In this document: positions 1 to 7,397 of the stretch, piece by piece
Layout of the letters: each line of letters starts with the position of its first letter
Numbering within the stretch: the stretch's first letter is position 1
Virus record (IMG/VR): IMGVR_UViG_2802429249_000003
Span: 1-22,963 of that record
Source: a virus
Taxonomy: Duplodnaviria > Heunggongvirae > Uroviricota > Caudoviricetes
DNA length: 22,963 bases
Strand: one strand, 5' to 3'
Made by a program: the position numbers and the translations under genes
Notes under the pieces: generated by a model
What the model was told of the DNA's origin: nothing
The model's database searches: none
The model's input: the letters and a program-made list of their open reading frames with translations, nothing else

Positions 1-83
1 CTGGTCGCTGGTCGCTGGTCGCTGGTCGCTGGTCGCTGGTCGCTGGTCGCTGGTCGCTGGTCGCTGGTCGCTGGTCGCTGGTC
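1..83. repeat. Perfect tandem heptanucleotide repeat (CTGGTCG) x 11.9 copies, running into the left window edge
   Basis: Direct reading: CTGGTCG repeated without mismatch from base 1 to 83, then diverges (TGGCAGC). Unit length 7 is not a multiple of 3. The array may continue left of the window. Confidence 0.95.
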
Positions 84-254
84 TGGCAGCATAGGATCAT
101 CCTTTTTCGAAAATCAATGCTTTTTTTTGGAAAGTACTTAAAAATTATCGTGCTGGCTGAATCAATAACCAGCAAAGGGTATTAAGTGTGGGTGCGTTGA
201 GGATGCCTGACACATCAGAGATGGCGGGAGATTACTTCCCCCGCCTGGTCACTC

Positions 255-410
255 TTACTCTCCAGATTCGTAGTCTACGAAAACAGCGACCTCCGTCTGG
301 CCGGTTCGGATTCGTACCTCGCAGAGGTCTTTCCTCGTTACCAGTGCCGTCACTATGACGGTTAAACAGATGACGATCAGGGCGATTAGCATCGCTTTTT
401 GCTGCTTCAT
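255..410 (-). CDS. hok: Hok/Gef family type I toxin (small membrane-depolarising peptide), 51 aa
   Basis: Translation MKQQKAMLIALIVICLTVIVTALVTRKDLCEVRIRTGQTEVAVFVDYESGE closely matches the remembered Hok/Gef consensus (KAM..ALIVIC.T....ALVTRKDLCEV.IRTGQTEVAVF.AYES). ATG at 410-408 is preceded by GGAGAAG. The 70-aa ORF in the track (255..467) is the same frame extended upstream. Confidence 0.85.
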   Translation of the reverse strand: MKQQKAMLIALIVICLTVIVTALVTRKDLCEVRIRTGQTEVAVFVDYESGE

Positions 411-614
411 AGCCTGCTTCTCCTTGCCTTTCGGCACGTAAGAGGCTAACCTGATGTTGTCATGCATAGGGAGCCTCAGATTAATGTTAAGCGTCTTGCC
501 GGACGCATAATGTTAACTGGGGCTTTTATCTATCTGCCTTTTGGTGTTCATGCCTGAGACAGATAGCCTCAAGCACCCGCAACAATTCTACAAAAAATCA
601 TCTCAATTTCAATT

Positions 615-1025
615 TTACTGTATTTCTGCAACCAGCCTTCCAGATGAGCCGCGCCCAACATATCTGTCCATTTCCAGTCTGATATCAAGCATCATCAACA
701 TCCCATCAACTATCCCTTCAGCCTTTTGCAACAAACGACCAACCCAGCAATCCGAACGACCATGCTTTCGTGCCAGTGCCATAAACGTCATTCCTCTTAC
801 GTAATAATCCACCAGCAAATCATGCAAATCACTGTTATTCTTTTTCAGGCGAGCCATGCATCCACAAATGATCATCGCATCATCATCACAACATTGCGGA
901 CGTGATTTAACCTTCGAAGGAATAAGCCCCTTGAATCCAGCAGCAATGGATGACCATGTAACATCCTCGTGGTTATTTGCCACCCACGCCCCCCAACGCT
1001 CAAGAACCATCTGAATATCACGCAT
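615..1025 (-). CDS. Phage antitermination protein Q (QuuD-like, Phage_antitermQ family)
   Basis: 136-aa ORF starting [26 protein letters not shown] with a Cys-rich core ([17 protein letters not shown]), recognised from memory as the lambdoid Q-like family. It sits after the replication genes where Q lies in lambdoid phages. Start overlaps the upstream stop (TGATG). Confidence 0.7.
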   Translation of the reverse strand: MRDIQMVLERWGAWVANNHEDVTWSSIAAGFKGLIPSKVKSRPQCCDDDAMIICGCMARLKKNNSDLHDLLVDYYVRGMTFMALARKHGRSDCWVGRLLQKAEGIVDGMLMMLDIRLEMDRYVGRGSSGRLVAEIQ

Positions 1026-1267
1026 CAGCGCAGCACCTCCTGCACCAGTTTTTCAAACTTTCCGACTCTGGTTTCCAGCTCTGCCACACAATCCACCAGC
1101 TCATCCACTGCTTTTTGTGCGCGATGTTTCGCCTGCATCAGTTCCCTGAGCGCTGGCACCATATCCCGACGAATGGCATCTTTTGTTACACCTGTTTTTT
1201 CCAGTTGTTCCGCCTGTCGCAACATTTCCTGTGCCTGTTTACGCAATTGTTCAGGGGTAAAAGTCAT
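1025..1267 (-). CDS. Hypothetical small coiled-coil phage protein (nin-region position)
   Basis: ORF 1025..1282 in the track; the first in-frame ATG is at 1267. The stop overlaps the Q start, suggesting translational coupling. Predicted helical, charged sequence. No recognisable domain. Confidence 0.55.
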   Translation of the reverse strand: MTFTPEQLRKQAQEMLRQAEQLEKTGVTKDAIRRDMVPALRELMQAKHRAQKAVDELVDCVAELETRVGKFEKLVQEVLR

Positions 1268-1278
1268 TGTCTGGTTGT

Positions 1279-2670
1279 TCAAAAGAAACGCTCCATCTTA
1301 CTGCTGTCAGTTCGTTTGTTGCTGTATCTGCGCGGCTGGGGCTGCTGCATTGGAGTGGAAAGAATCTGTGCGCTTTCCTGATCCACAGGCAGAAAATGTC
1401 CGTTATAAAAACGCCGGTAAATCGTCCCCAGAGAACCGTTACGTTGTTTCGTGATATTGATTTCTGCTATGCCCCTGGCCTGCGTATCCGGGTTGTACAC
1501 TTCATCCCTGTAAAGCATCAGAATGATGTCTGCATCCGCCTCTATTTCTCCGGAATTTTTCAGGTCTGAGTTCATAGGGCGTTTATTGGGCCTGGACTCC
1601 ACACCACGGGAAAGCTGGCTCAGCGCAATCAACGGAAAACCACCGGATTTTGCCAGGCCTTTAAGCCCCTTTGAGATTTCACCCACGGCAAGGTCATGAC
1701 GCCCCGTGGTTCGGGTTTTTATCAGCCCGAGATAATCAACCACCACCAGCGCCGTTTCCGGATGTTTAATCAGGTGATGTTTCGTTGTTGCGCATATCTC
1801 ATCAATGGCCAGGTTCGCCTGGTCCACCATCCAGATATTGCGCCCGGTCATCCGCCCCACTCCTTGTGAGAAACGTGCCCAGTCTTCGTCTTCAAAGTGA
1901 GCGACGGATTTCAGGCGTGATACCGGCATTCCTCCGGCCGCAGATACCATGCGTTCACCAATCTGGATGTTCGCCATTTCCATTGTGAACAGAAGAACAC
2001 CATGCCCCTGCTCAGTCACCTTGTCGATGATATCCAGCGCCAGTTCGGTTTTGCCCATCGAAGGACGAGCCGCAATAAATACCAGGTCGCCGGGTTCCAT
2101 ACCGCCTGTTTTTGCGTCCAGTTCATCAATACCGGTCATTAACGTCCTGGATTTCTCCAGCCCCAGATTCCGGCATTCAACACGCTCAACCACCTCCGGA
2201 AGCACATCATCAATATGTACCGGCTGAATAACGCCCTTTTCCGTCGACAATGAGGCCATCATGTTCTGCGCAGCCTTCAGGGCATCTTCAGCTGCTTCAC
2301 AGGTATGCGCATCTCGTAATTTCTGCAGCGCCTCATTCAGTGTTTTTTCTGCATCGCGCAATGCGGCATTGCGCCGCAACGCTGCAACATAGTGCTCCAG
2401 TGACGACTTCACCCAGGTTTTGCGCCCTGTATCAGTAATCACCGGGGCAAGTTCCGGCATCTCATTGCACAGCAGCACAGGATCAATCACACCTGAAACA
2501 CGGGCCTGTCTGCAGATGCCTGTGTAGATATCCCGATACGCTCGTACAGAAAAAACGTCCGCCGGTAGTGTGGCCAGAATATCCATCACTTCATGATCTG
2601 CCCCACGCAGAAAGAACGCGCCAATCACAGCACCTTCCAGGTCATCGTTACGCCAGACTGGTGTTGTCAT
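1279..2670 (-). CDS. dnaB: Replicative DNA helicase, DnaB family
   Basis: 463 aa with a Walker A (ARPSMGKTELALD), a DnaB-like C-terminal RecA-fold region (LVVVDYLGLI, ITKQRNGSLG) and an N-terminal DnaB-type domain. ATGA overlap with the upstream loader gene. Confidence 0.9.
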   Translation of the reverse strand: MTTPVWRNDDLEGAVIGAFFLRGADHEVMDILATLPADVFSVRAYRDIYTGICRQARVSGVIDPVLLCNEMPELAPVITDTGRKTWVKSSLEHYVAALRRNAALRDAEKTLNEALQKLRDAHTCEAAEDALKAAQNMMASLSTEKGVIQPVHIDDVLPEVVERVECRNLGLEKSRTLMTGIDELDAKTGGMEPGDLVFIAARPSMGKTELALDIIDKVTEQGHGVLLFTMEMANIQIGERMVSAAGGMPVSRLKSVAHFEDEDWARFSQGVGRMTGRNIWMVDQANLAIDEICATTKHHLIKHPETALVVVDYLGLIKTRTTGRHDLAVGEISKGLKGLAKSGGFPLIALSQLSRGVESRPNKRPMNSDLKNSGEIEADADIILMLYRDEVYNPDTQARGIAEINITKQRNGSLGTIYRRFYNGHFLPVDQESAQILSTPMQQPQPRRYSNKRTDSSKMERFF

Positions 2671-3554
2671 GCAGCCACACCTCTGATACGAGAACGATAG
2701 CTGGGCCAGTTAAACGACAACCAGTTGCGTCCCCCGTCTGTGATCCTGTCGGCAATTCGGGGACTGATGAACGCCCACAACTCTTCCGGTGAGAGATTAC
2801 TGATCAGGATGGTGGGCAAGATACTTTCGTACCGGGCGTTGATAATTTCCTGCAAAATAGCCATTTCAGCCGCACTGCCAAACTGAACGCCGACTTCGTC
2901 GATGATCAGCAAATCCATTGACGCATAATGCTCAATAACTTCATCCGCTGTTTTTTCGCTGTCATTCCGCCAGCAGTTTTTCACAGCACGGGTAAGGCGC
3001 ATCACATCGGTGATCTCCACACTGGCCAGATAGTTACGGATGATGTGTTTTGCCATTGATACCGCCAGATGATTTTTCCCGGTTCCGCAACTACCAGTCA
3101 TAACAAGACTGGTACCGTTCTCCAGCATATCTGGCCAGTTCTCCGCATAGCGGCGACAGGCCGCAAGATTTCTGGCTGCGTCAGGATTAACCTCCAGATA
3201 ATTATCAAACTCGCAGTCCCGAAAACGCAGGGCAATTCCGGCGTTATCAGTCAGCTCTTCCGCCTTGATGGACGACAGCTCCATGGTCAAATCGTTGGCC
3301 TCAGCGATCAAGCAGTCAGGGCAGCATGAAATTTTTTCTCTGTCCTCGCCATTACGATCGCCCCACACCAGAATATGTGTGTGGTATTCGCCATGTTTTT
3401 CGCAACGCCCGCGCCCTTCACGCATCCAGCAAGAACGATAAGGCCATGGCTTTTCGCCCTTCTGAGCAAATGCAATCTCTGCCCGTAACTCATCCATTCG
3501 CGCCTGTAGTCTTTTTTGTTGTTCACGCAGGTTAAACGTCATCATCGCTGTCAC
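2667..3554 (-). CDS. DnaC/IstB-like AAA+ helicase loader (phage replication protein P analogue) with an N-terminal Cys-rich segment
   Basis: 295 aa with Walker A GSCGTGKNHLA and Walker B LLIIDEVG, plus an N-terminal C..C..CC..C cluster. Located between the initiator and dnaB as in lambdoid replication modules. Confidence 0.85.
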   Translation of the reverse strand: MTAMMTFNLREQQKRLQARMDELRAEIAFAQKGEKPWPYRSCWMREGRGRCEKHGEYHTHILVWGDRNGEDREKISCCPDCLIAEANDLTMELSSIKAEELTDNAGIALRFRDCEFDNYLEVNPDAARNLAACRRYAENWPDMLENGTSLVMTGSCGTGKNHLAVSMAKHIIRNYLASVEITDVMRLTRAVKNCWRNDSEKTADEVIEHYASMDLLIIDEVGVQFGSAAEMAILQEIINARYESILPTILISNLSPEELWAFISPRIADRITDGGRNWLSFNWPSYRSRIRGVAA

Positions 3555-3555
3555 C

Positions 3556-4380
3556 TCAGAATGTCAGTTTGTCACTGGATTTACCGAATTTGTCAGACAT
3601 GGCTCCCAGGCCAGACAGAACATCGACCTGCCGCTGTCGCCCACCTCCGGGAGCGGCTGGCTGTTGCCAGAATTCTTCGAAGTGACGATCGGGTCCAAAG
3701 AACGTCGCAGCCTGCTTCACGAACTGTGTGCCGGTATTTCCTGTAGCACGTACCCAGGCGGCATACCGCTTCACGCCATCAAGCATGGTCTCCGGTTTTA
3801 TTCCCTCCCTGATACGGGCTTTCCAGGCTTTGAAGGCTGCCGACTTGGAATTACCACCAGCACGTTTGGGATATTCCTGCCAGACCTGTTCAAATTCCGG
3901 TGAATATTCCTGTCGGGCGGAACGCGCTGGTGCAGACGCGTCAGCGGATGCGCCAATAGTTGATTCATTGACTGGTTCTTTGACTGGTTCAAAAGAGTGA
4001 CTGGTTCTGGGTGAATCTCCTGCACTACCCCCTGGTGCAACTCCTGCACCACCTGGTGAATTTGCTGCACTAGGTAGTGAATTATTTGCACTACCACCTG
4101 GTGAATCTTTTGCACCATCAAGACGAAGAAGATAAATATTGCTCGAGTTCCCTTTTTCACCTTTCCGGGAAACTTTTTTTACCAGTCCGGATTCACAAAG
4201 AGCCGTAATATGATTCATCACAGAACGTTTGCTAATCTCGCACTGATCAGCAATATGCTGATAGCTGGGCCAGCACTCGCCCTGATCGCTGGCATTATCA
4301 GCCAGCTTAATCAGAACCAGTTTTCGCAACGGATTTCCTACGCGAATTTTCATCGCTTTCACCATCAGCTCCATGCTCAT
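3556..4380 (-). CDS. Phage replication initiator (N-terminal HTH DNA-binding domain, low-complexity linker, C-terminal DUF1376/YdaU-like domain)
   Basis: 274 aa. N-terminal HTH-like segment (LVLIKLADNASDQGECWPSYQHIADQCEISKRSVMNHI), a Gly/Ser/Pro/Ala-rich linker encoded by the iteron DNA, and a C-terminal WQEYPKR...AAFKAWK motif. Positioned as lambda O is. Confidence 0.75.
   Translation of the reverse strand: MSMELMVKAMKIRVGNPLRKLVLIKLADNASDQGECWPSYQHIADQCEISKRSVMNHITALCESGLVKKVSRKGEKGNSSNIYLLRLDGAKDSPGGSANNSLPSAANSPGGAGVAPGGSAGDSPRTSHSFEPVKEPVNESTIGASADASAPARSARQEYSPEFEQVWQEYPKRAGGNSKSAAFKAWKARIREGIKPETMLDGVKRYAAWVRATGNTGTQFVKQAATFFGPDRHFEEFWQQPAAPGGGRQRQVDVLSGLGAMSDKFGKSSDKLTF
3968..4110. 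repeat. Iteron-like direct repeats inside the initiator gene (candidate phage origin of replication)
   Basis: TGACTGGTTC occurs three times (3969-3978, 3981-3990, 3998-4007). Four roughly 20-bp units of form TGCAC-n-GGTGAAT follow (about 4021-4040, 4043-4062, 4064-4080, 4087-4106). Analogous to lambda ori iterons inside O. Confidence 0.5.
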
Positions 4381-4601
4381 AACACACCTCCCAGGCGTTT
4401 AAACATTTTTCCGGACTGAAACACTGCCAGTGGATAGCTAAGGGTATGAGTGCGTCCCTGAACCTGACAGACAACCTTCTGGCTTTCTGTGTTGACCAGA
4501 CAAACCCGCAGAACGTGACCGTTGCTGGTGGTGAACCACTGCCCCACACGGGGGCAACGGTTGTATCGGTGATACAGAGAATTCACAACACGACGAATCA
4601 T
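4377..4601 (-). CDS. Hypothetical phage protein, 74 aa
   Basis: ORF with GGAGG 6 nt upstream of ATG (4601). Stop overlaps the start of the initiator gene (ATGA). No recognisable domain. Confidence 0.6.
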   Translation of the reverse strand: MIRRVVNSLYHRYNRCPRVGQWFTTSNGHVLRVCLVNTESQKVVCQVQGRTHTLSYPLAVFQSGKMFKRLGGVL

Positions 4602-4792
4602 GGACGCACCTCCGCCGTTGTGATGTATTTAACCGGGCTGCCTTTCATTGCGATGGTTTCACACATCTCCGCTGCTTTACGTTCCGCTGTTTTCCTGGAT
4701 TTATAGCGGCGGTGCCAGACAGACGTATCCGTGCGAACTGATACATCGTTTCTGTATTCAGTTGTGAAAATAATAATTTCGTAACTAATCAT
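4598..4792 (-). CDS. Hypothetical phage protein, 64 aa
   Basis: Track ORF 4598..4807; the best start is ATG at 4792 (MISYEII...), preceded by GGAGG with the same spacing as the next gene. ATGA overlap with the upstream ORF. Confidence 0.55.
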   Translation of the reverse strand: MISYEIIIFTTEYRNDVSVRTDTSVWHRRYKSRKTAERKAAEMCETIAMKGSPVKYITTAEVRP

Positions 4793-5451
4793 GGACGCGC
4801 CTCCCATTGATTACGGCAGAAAGCGGTAAGATTCAGGCTGTTCTCTGCCTCATGGAATGCTTCAATGCAGCTCTCGTAGTACCGCATTGTGCGCAGACTT
4901 AACCCAAGCTGAAGCATCATCAGACCATCAAGGGTGATGTAATAACCACGCAGGGAGTCACCATAGATGTGATAAGTACTCGGTATGAAATTGCGGGTAA
5001 AAAATTCGCGTGAGCAGTTCAGATACTCGATTTTGTCGACGATGTTCTGGTGCATGCGCTTAAAGTGGCAGGCAACATGCAGGGAGAAAATAACGGCCTT
5101 GCCGTTGACGACTTCGATTTTCAGGTATGGGGAAGTTGGGACTGTAGCCATGATGGCAGCCTCCGTATGCAATGGATAACTTCCACCACCGGAGGTTCCA
5201 ATCTCACTGGTGGTGAACTGGACAGGGTTGGAACTACCGGCGCATACGGAAACCGGCGAGCCTTTCGGCTCCCCTGCCCAGCCCACCATAATTCTGGCGT
5301 GCGTGAGCGCGGACGATAAAAAAGACGCTGGCGCGTCATATATCGCCGTATGCAATTCCGGGGTTCCAATCCCGGCACCCGCTTTATAAGGTGCAGAGAC
5401 AGTGTAACGTCCCGAAATTGCAGAATCAATATTTAGGCTTGAAACATTCAT
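4789..5451 (-). CDS. Hypothetical phage protein, 220 aa (Gly/Ser/Thr-rich N-terminal half with internal repeats, structured C-terminal half)
   Basis: Long ORF in operon context. The C-terminal half (KIEVVNGKAVIFSLHVACHFKRMHQNIVDKIEYL...GYYITLDGLMMLQLGLS) reads protein-like. The N-terminal half is low complexity with a weak RBS, so the true start may be internal. Confidence 0.5.
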   Translation of the reverse strand: MNVSSLNIDSAISGRYTVSAPYKAGAGIGTPELHTAIYDAPASFLSSALTHARIMVGWAGEPKGSPVSVCAGSSNPVQFTTSEIGTSGGGSYPLHTEAAIMATVPTSPYLKIEVVNGKAVIFSLHVACHFKRMHQNIVDKIEYLNCSREFFTRNFIPSTYHIYGDSLRGYYITLDGLMMLQLGLSLRTMRYYESCIEAFHEAENSLNLTAFCRNQWEARP

Positions 5452-5540
5452 ATGCTTACTGGTATTTTTACTAACGCAAATGTTCTTGGATGTTACTGGC
5501 TTACTTCTTTTGTGAAGTTGCCTTTACTAACGTTGAGCGA

Positions 5541-5566
5541 GCCGGGCCACTCCCCGGCTTTTTTTT
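5541..5566 (+). terminator. Rho-independent terminator, plus-strand orientation (GCCGGG-ccactc-CCCGGC then T8)
   Basis: 6-bp GC stem, 6-nt loop, then eight T on the + strand ending at the stop codon of the minus-strand Rha gene. On the minus strand the hairpin is preceded by A8 and has no U-tract, so it would terminate + strand transcripts only. Confidence 0.6.
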
Positions 5567-6273
5567 CACCGCTGCCAACCAATAACCTGAAATAACCCCA
5601 TTTTCGGGTGATACCAGCGAGTCCCTCGCGGTTCTGCTTCCTCCATAACCCGATAAAAAGCAGCCATAAACGGTTCCACAGCAACAATTGCGCGACGTGA
5701 TAACAATCCGTCCGGCGTCATAAACTCGTGGGTATCTGTAGGAATTTGATAGGCGTTCACCAGATTGCGGCATTTATCATCTGACAAACCGGTTTTTGCT
5801 TTCAGTTGGCGATATCCGGCATAGCCCTCACGAATGGTACCCCTTTTGATTTGCTCAACTGTTTCGGCAACATGGCTGACTTTTTCTTCCACCTGAGTGA
5901 TCCGTTTCTGCTGACGAACGGCTTCAAGAGCCATCGCAGCAACCATTTCGATTTCGCTCATTGGCTTACGGATCTGTTCTTCCAGTTCGCGCCAGCGATC
6001 TACCAGGCGAGCAGTGAATTCAGGACAGAGCTGTGCGACGACAATGATGCTGTCTCGCTTACCTTGTTCTCCTTCAAACAGGTAATGCTCATATTGAACT
6101 TTAAAACCTAAGTTATTGATTTTCTCGGAAACAGCCATTGGCGGTTTCCGGATGATGTTTTTAGCAACCAGGCGTTCGATACTACGTTTAACATCTGAGT
6201 GCTGACTACCCACCAGCTCTGCGATCTCAACGCTGGTCATGGATGCTTTATCGTTAAAAATTGCGGTGTTCAC
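5566..6273 (-). CDS. rha: Phage regulatory protein, Rha family
   Basis: N-terminus ...MTSVEIAELVGSQHSDVKRSIERLV... matches the Phage_pRha signature. GTG start at 6273 is preceded by GGAGG at 5-nt spacing. Confidence 0.75.
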   Translation of the reverse strand: MNTAIFNDKASMTSVEIAELVGSQHSDVKRSIERLVAKNIIRKPPMAVSEKINNLGFKVQYEHYLFEGEQGKRDSIIVVAQLCPEFTARLVDRWRELEEQIRKPMSEIEMVAAMALEAVRQQKRITQVEEKVSHVAETVEQIKRGTIREGYAGYRQLKAKTGLSDDKCRNLVNAYQIPTDTHEFMTPDGLLSRRAIVAVEPFMAAFYRVMEEAEPRGTRWYHPKMGLFQVIGWQR

Positions 6274-6310
6274 TGATACCTCCTTACGGATAAATTATTG
6301 GGATCACGGT

Positions 6311-7057
6311 TCAGCACTTCTCAGTTACGCGCTTTTTCCAGAGCCATGCATCCCTATAAGCAGCCTCGATCCCATGGCATATCCGCATATCCTGAAACCA
6401 ATGCTTCCGTTCCCATATCTGCCAAGATCGAGGTTTAATGCGATCGCTGATGCCTGTGATGGAGAACATAGCCAGTACGGGTACTTTCAGGCGTCTTCCT
6501 TTCTGGATATGCTTACGCCAGTCATTGCGAAGATTTGCCCGCATGCTGAAATAAGCACCAACAGGAAATGCAACAAGAAATGCCGCTACCTGAACAAAAA
6601 GGAGTCGCCAGAAATTATGGGAATCATCTGGAGTGAGTTTGTTCTTCTGTTCAATACCAACCCGCGCCTTGTTACCTTCATCTGGACGGTTAGTGCTTTT
6701 GGACTTGGCGCCTGGCTCGGACACTGGCTTGCCAAAAATCGAGATAAGCGGAAAGAGTTCAATGCCGTCGCTGATGAATTGTTCCTGATCCTTGACGCCT
6801 TCCGCGAGGGTTGCCGAGACGGAAAACGGGATATGCCACATATATCCAGAGACGATTTCAGAAGACTGCGCCCTCACCTGAGCAGCAGACAAGCACGAAG
6901 TTACCAACAAGCCGTAGATAACTTTTTTAACGCACTGAAAGCTAGTGAGCTCTATGAAGACAGGCGGATTGTTCCGGTTATCAAAACTCCCGCAGAAATT
7001 CTTCCCAGCCTTAACACGCTGATTAAGTTTCTGAAGCATCGCTAAGCACTGTGACAT
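6311..7057 (-). CDS. Hypothetical phage protein, 248 aa (first gene after cro; mutually exclusive with the + strand ORF 6617..7045)
   Basis: ATG at 7057 preceded by GGAGG at 6-nt spacing. Tightly packed between the cro-like gene (stop 7059) and the Rha gene. No recognisable domain; Trp-rich C-terminus. Confidence 0.45.
   Translation of the reverse strand: MSQCLAMLQKLNQRVKAGKNFCGSFDNRNNPPVFIELTSFQCVKKVIYGLLVTSCLSAAQVRAQSSEIVSGYMWHIPFSVSATLAEGVKDQEQFISDGIELFPLISIFGKPVSEPGAKSKSTNRPDEGNKARVGIEQKNKLTPDDSHNFWRLLFVQVAAFLVAFPVGAYFSMRANLRNDWRKHIQKGRRLKVPVLAMFSITGISDRIKPRSWQIWERKHWFQDMRICHGIEAAYRDAWLWKKRVTEKC
6617..7045 (+). CDS. Alternative antisense ORF, 142 aa, predicted N-terminal transmembrane helix then soluble helical domain (mutually exclusive with 6311..7057 minus)
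   Basis: ATG at 6617 preceded by AAGGAG (6598-6603). Sequence is protein-like (LVTFIWTVSAFGLGAWLGHWLA then a charged helical region). Only one of the two antiparallel ORFs is likely real. Confidence 0.3.
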   Translation: MGIIWSEFVLLFNTNPRLVTFIWTVSAFGLGAWLGHWLAKNRDKRKEFNAVADELFLILDAFREGCRDGKRDMPHISRDDFRRLRPHLSSRQARSYQQAVDNFFNALKASELYEDRRIVPVIKTPAEILPSLNTLIKFLKHR

Positions 7058-7058
7058 A

Positions 7059-7286
7059 TCACACCTCCGATTGCTTACCTTGCCCCTCTTCTGTGTGCGC
7101 TAAATCAGGATGGATATACGGGATACTTGGATCCAGATGGCAGAGAATAGCTACGTCCTCTGGAACACCTCTCGTTTTCCACTTTCCAACACCTTGACTG
7201 CCACGAGGCTTTCCTTTCTTTGGGAACCTGCGGCCAATAGCGGCATTGGTTTTAAATTGAGTTTTTAATATTTCATAAAGGGTCAT
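7059..7286 (-). CDS. Putative Cro-like early regulator, 75 aa
   Basis: Small basic ORF transcribed divergently from the cI-like repressor across an operator-bearing intergenic region. Weak RBS and no clean HTH recognised, so this is a positional call. Confidence 0.4.
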   Translation of the reverse strand: MTLYEILKTQFKTNAAIGRRFPKKGKPRGSQGVGKWKTRGVPEDVAILCHLDPSIPYIHPDLAHTEEGQGKQSEV

Positions 7287-7397
7287 TCTTTAGTCTCACA
7301 CCGGATACTCTGTTATCCAAGAATGTTAAACGCGAGAACCCAAAGTATCAAGAAATTCTGTTACTTTAGTATCAGCAGCCATGAAAGGAGAAGAAAA
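7287..7397. promoter_or_regulatory. Divergent promoter/operator region (oR-like) between the cro-like and cI-like genes
   Basis: 111-bp intergenic region with repeated half-site AGTATCA (7345-7351, 7369-7375) and the near-palindrome TACTTTAGTA. The same half-site recurs downstream of cI (8084-8090, 8108-8114 inverted, 8147-8153). Confidence 0.5.

Noticed and set aside
1..83. CRISPR array
   Set aside because: The units are 7 bp, perfectly tandem and without spacers, so this is a simple sequence repeat. No CRISPR-like repeat-spacer structure occurs anywhere in the window.
541..804. Plus-strand ORF (87 aa) overlapping the Q gene
   Set aside because: Antisense to a well-supported Q-family gene, with no RBS and low-complexity translation.
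969..1569. Plus-strand ORFs (161, 134 and 100 aa) antisense to Q, the small coiled-coil gene and the dnaB 3' end
   Set aside because: They overlap confidently assigned minus-strand genes, their translations are Cys/Ser-rich and unprotein-like, and they have no RBS.
1785..2792. Several plus-strand ORFs (62-92 aa) inside dnaB
   Set aside because: Shadow ORFs within a strongly supported DnaB coding region.
3798..4160. Minus-strand 120-aa Q/H/V-rich ORF and plus-strand ORFs (3664-4000) inside the initiator gene
   Set aside because: Produced by the iteron repeats; alternative frames of a gene with clear domain evidence.
5160..5400. Possible tRNA suggested by T-loop-like GGTTCCAATCC hairpins
   Set aside because: No matching acceptor stem or anticodon arm could be built by eye, and the segment lies inside a long ORF in an operon. 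Kept only as a low-interest finding.
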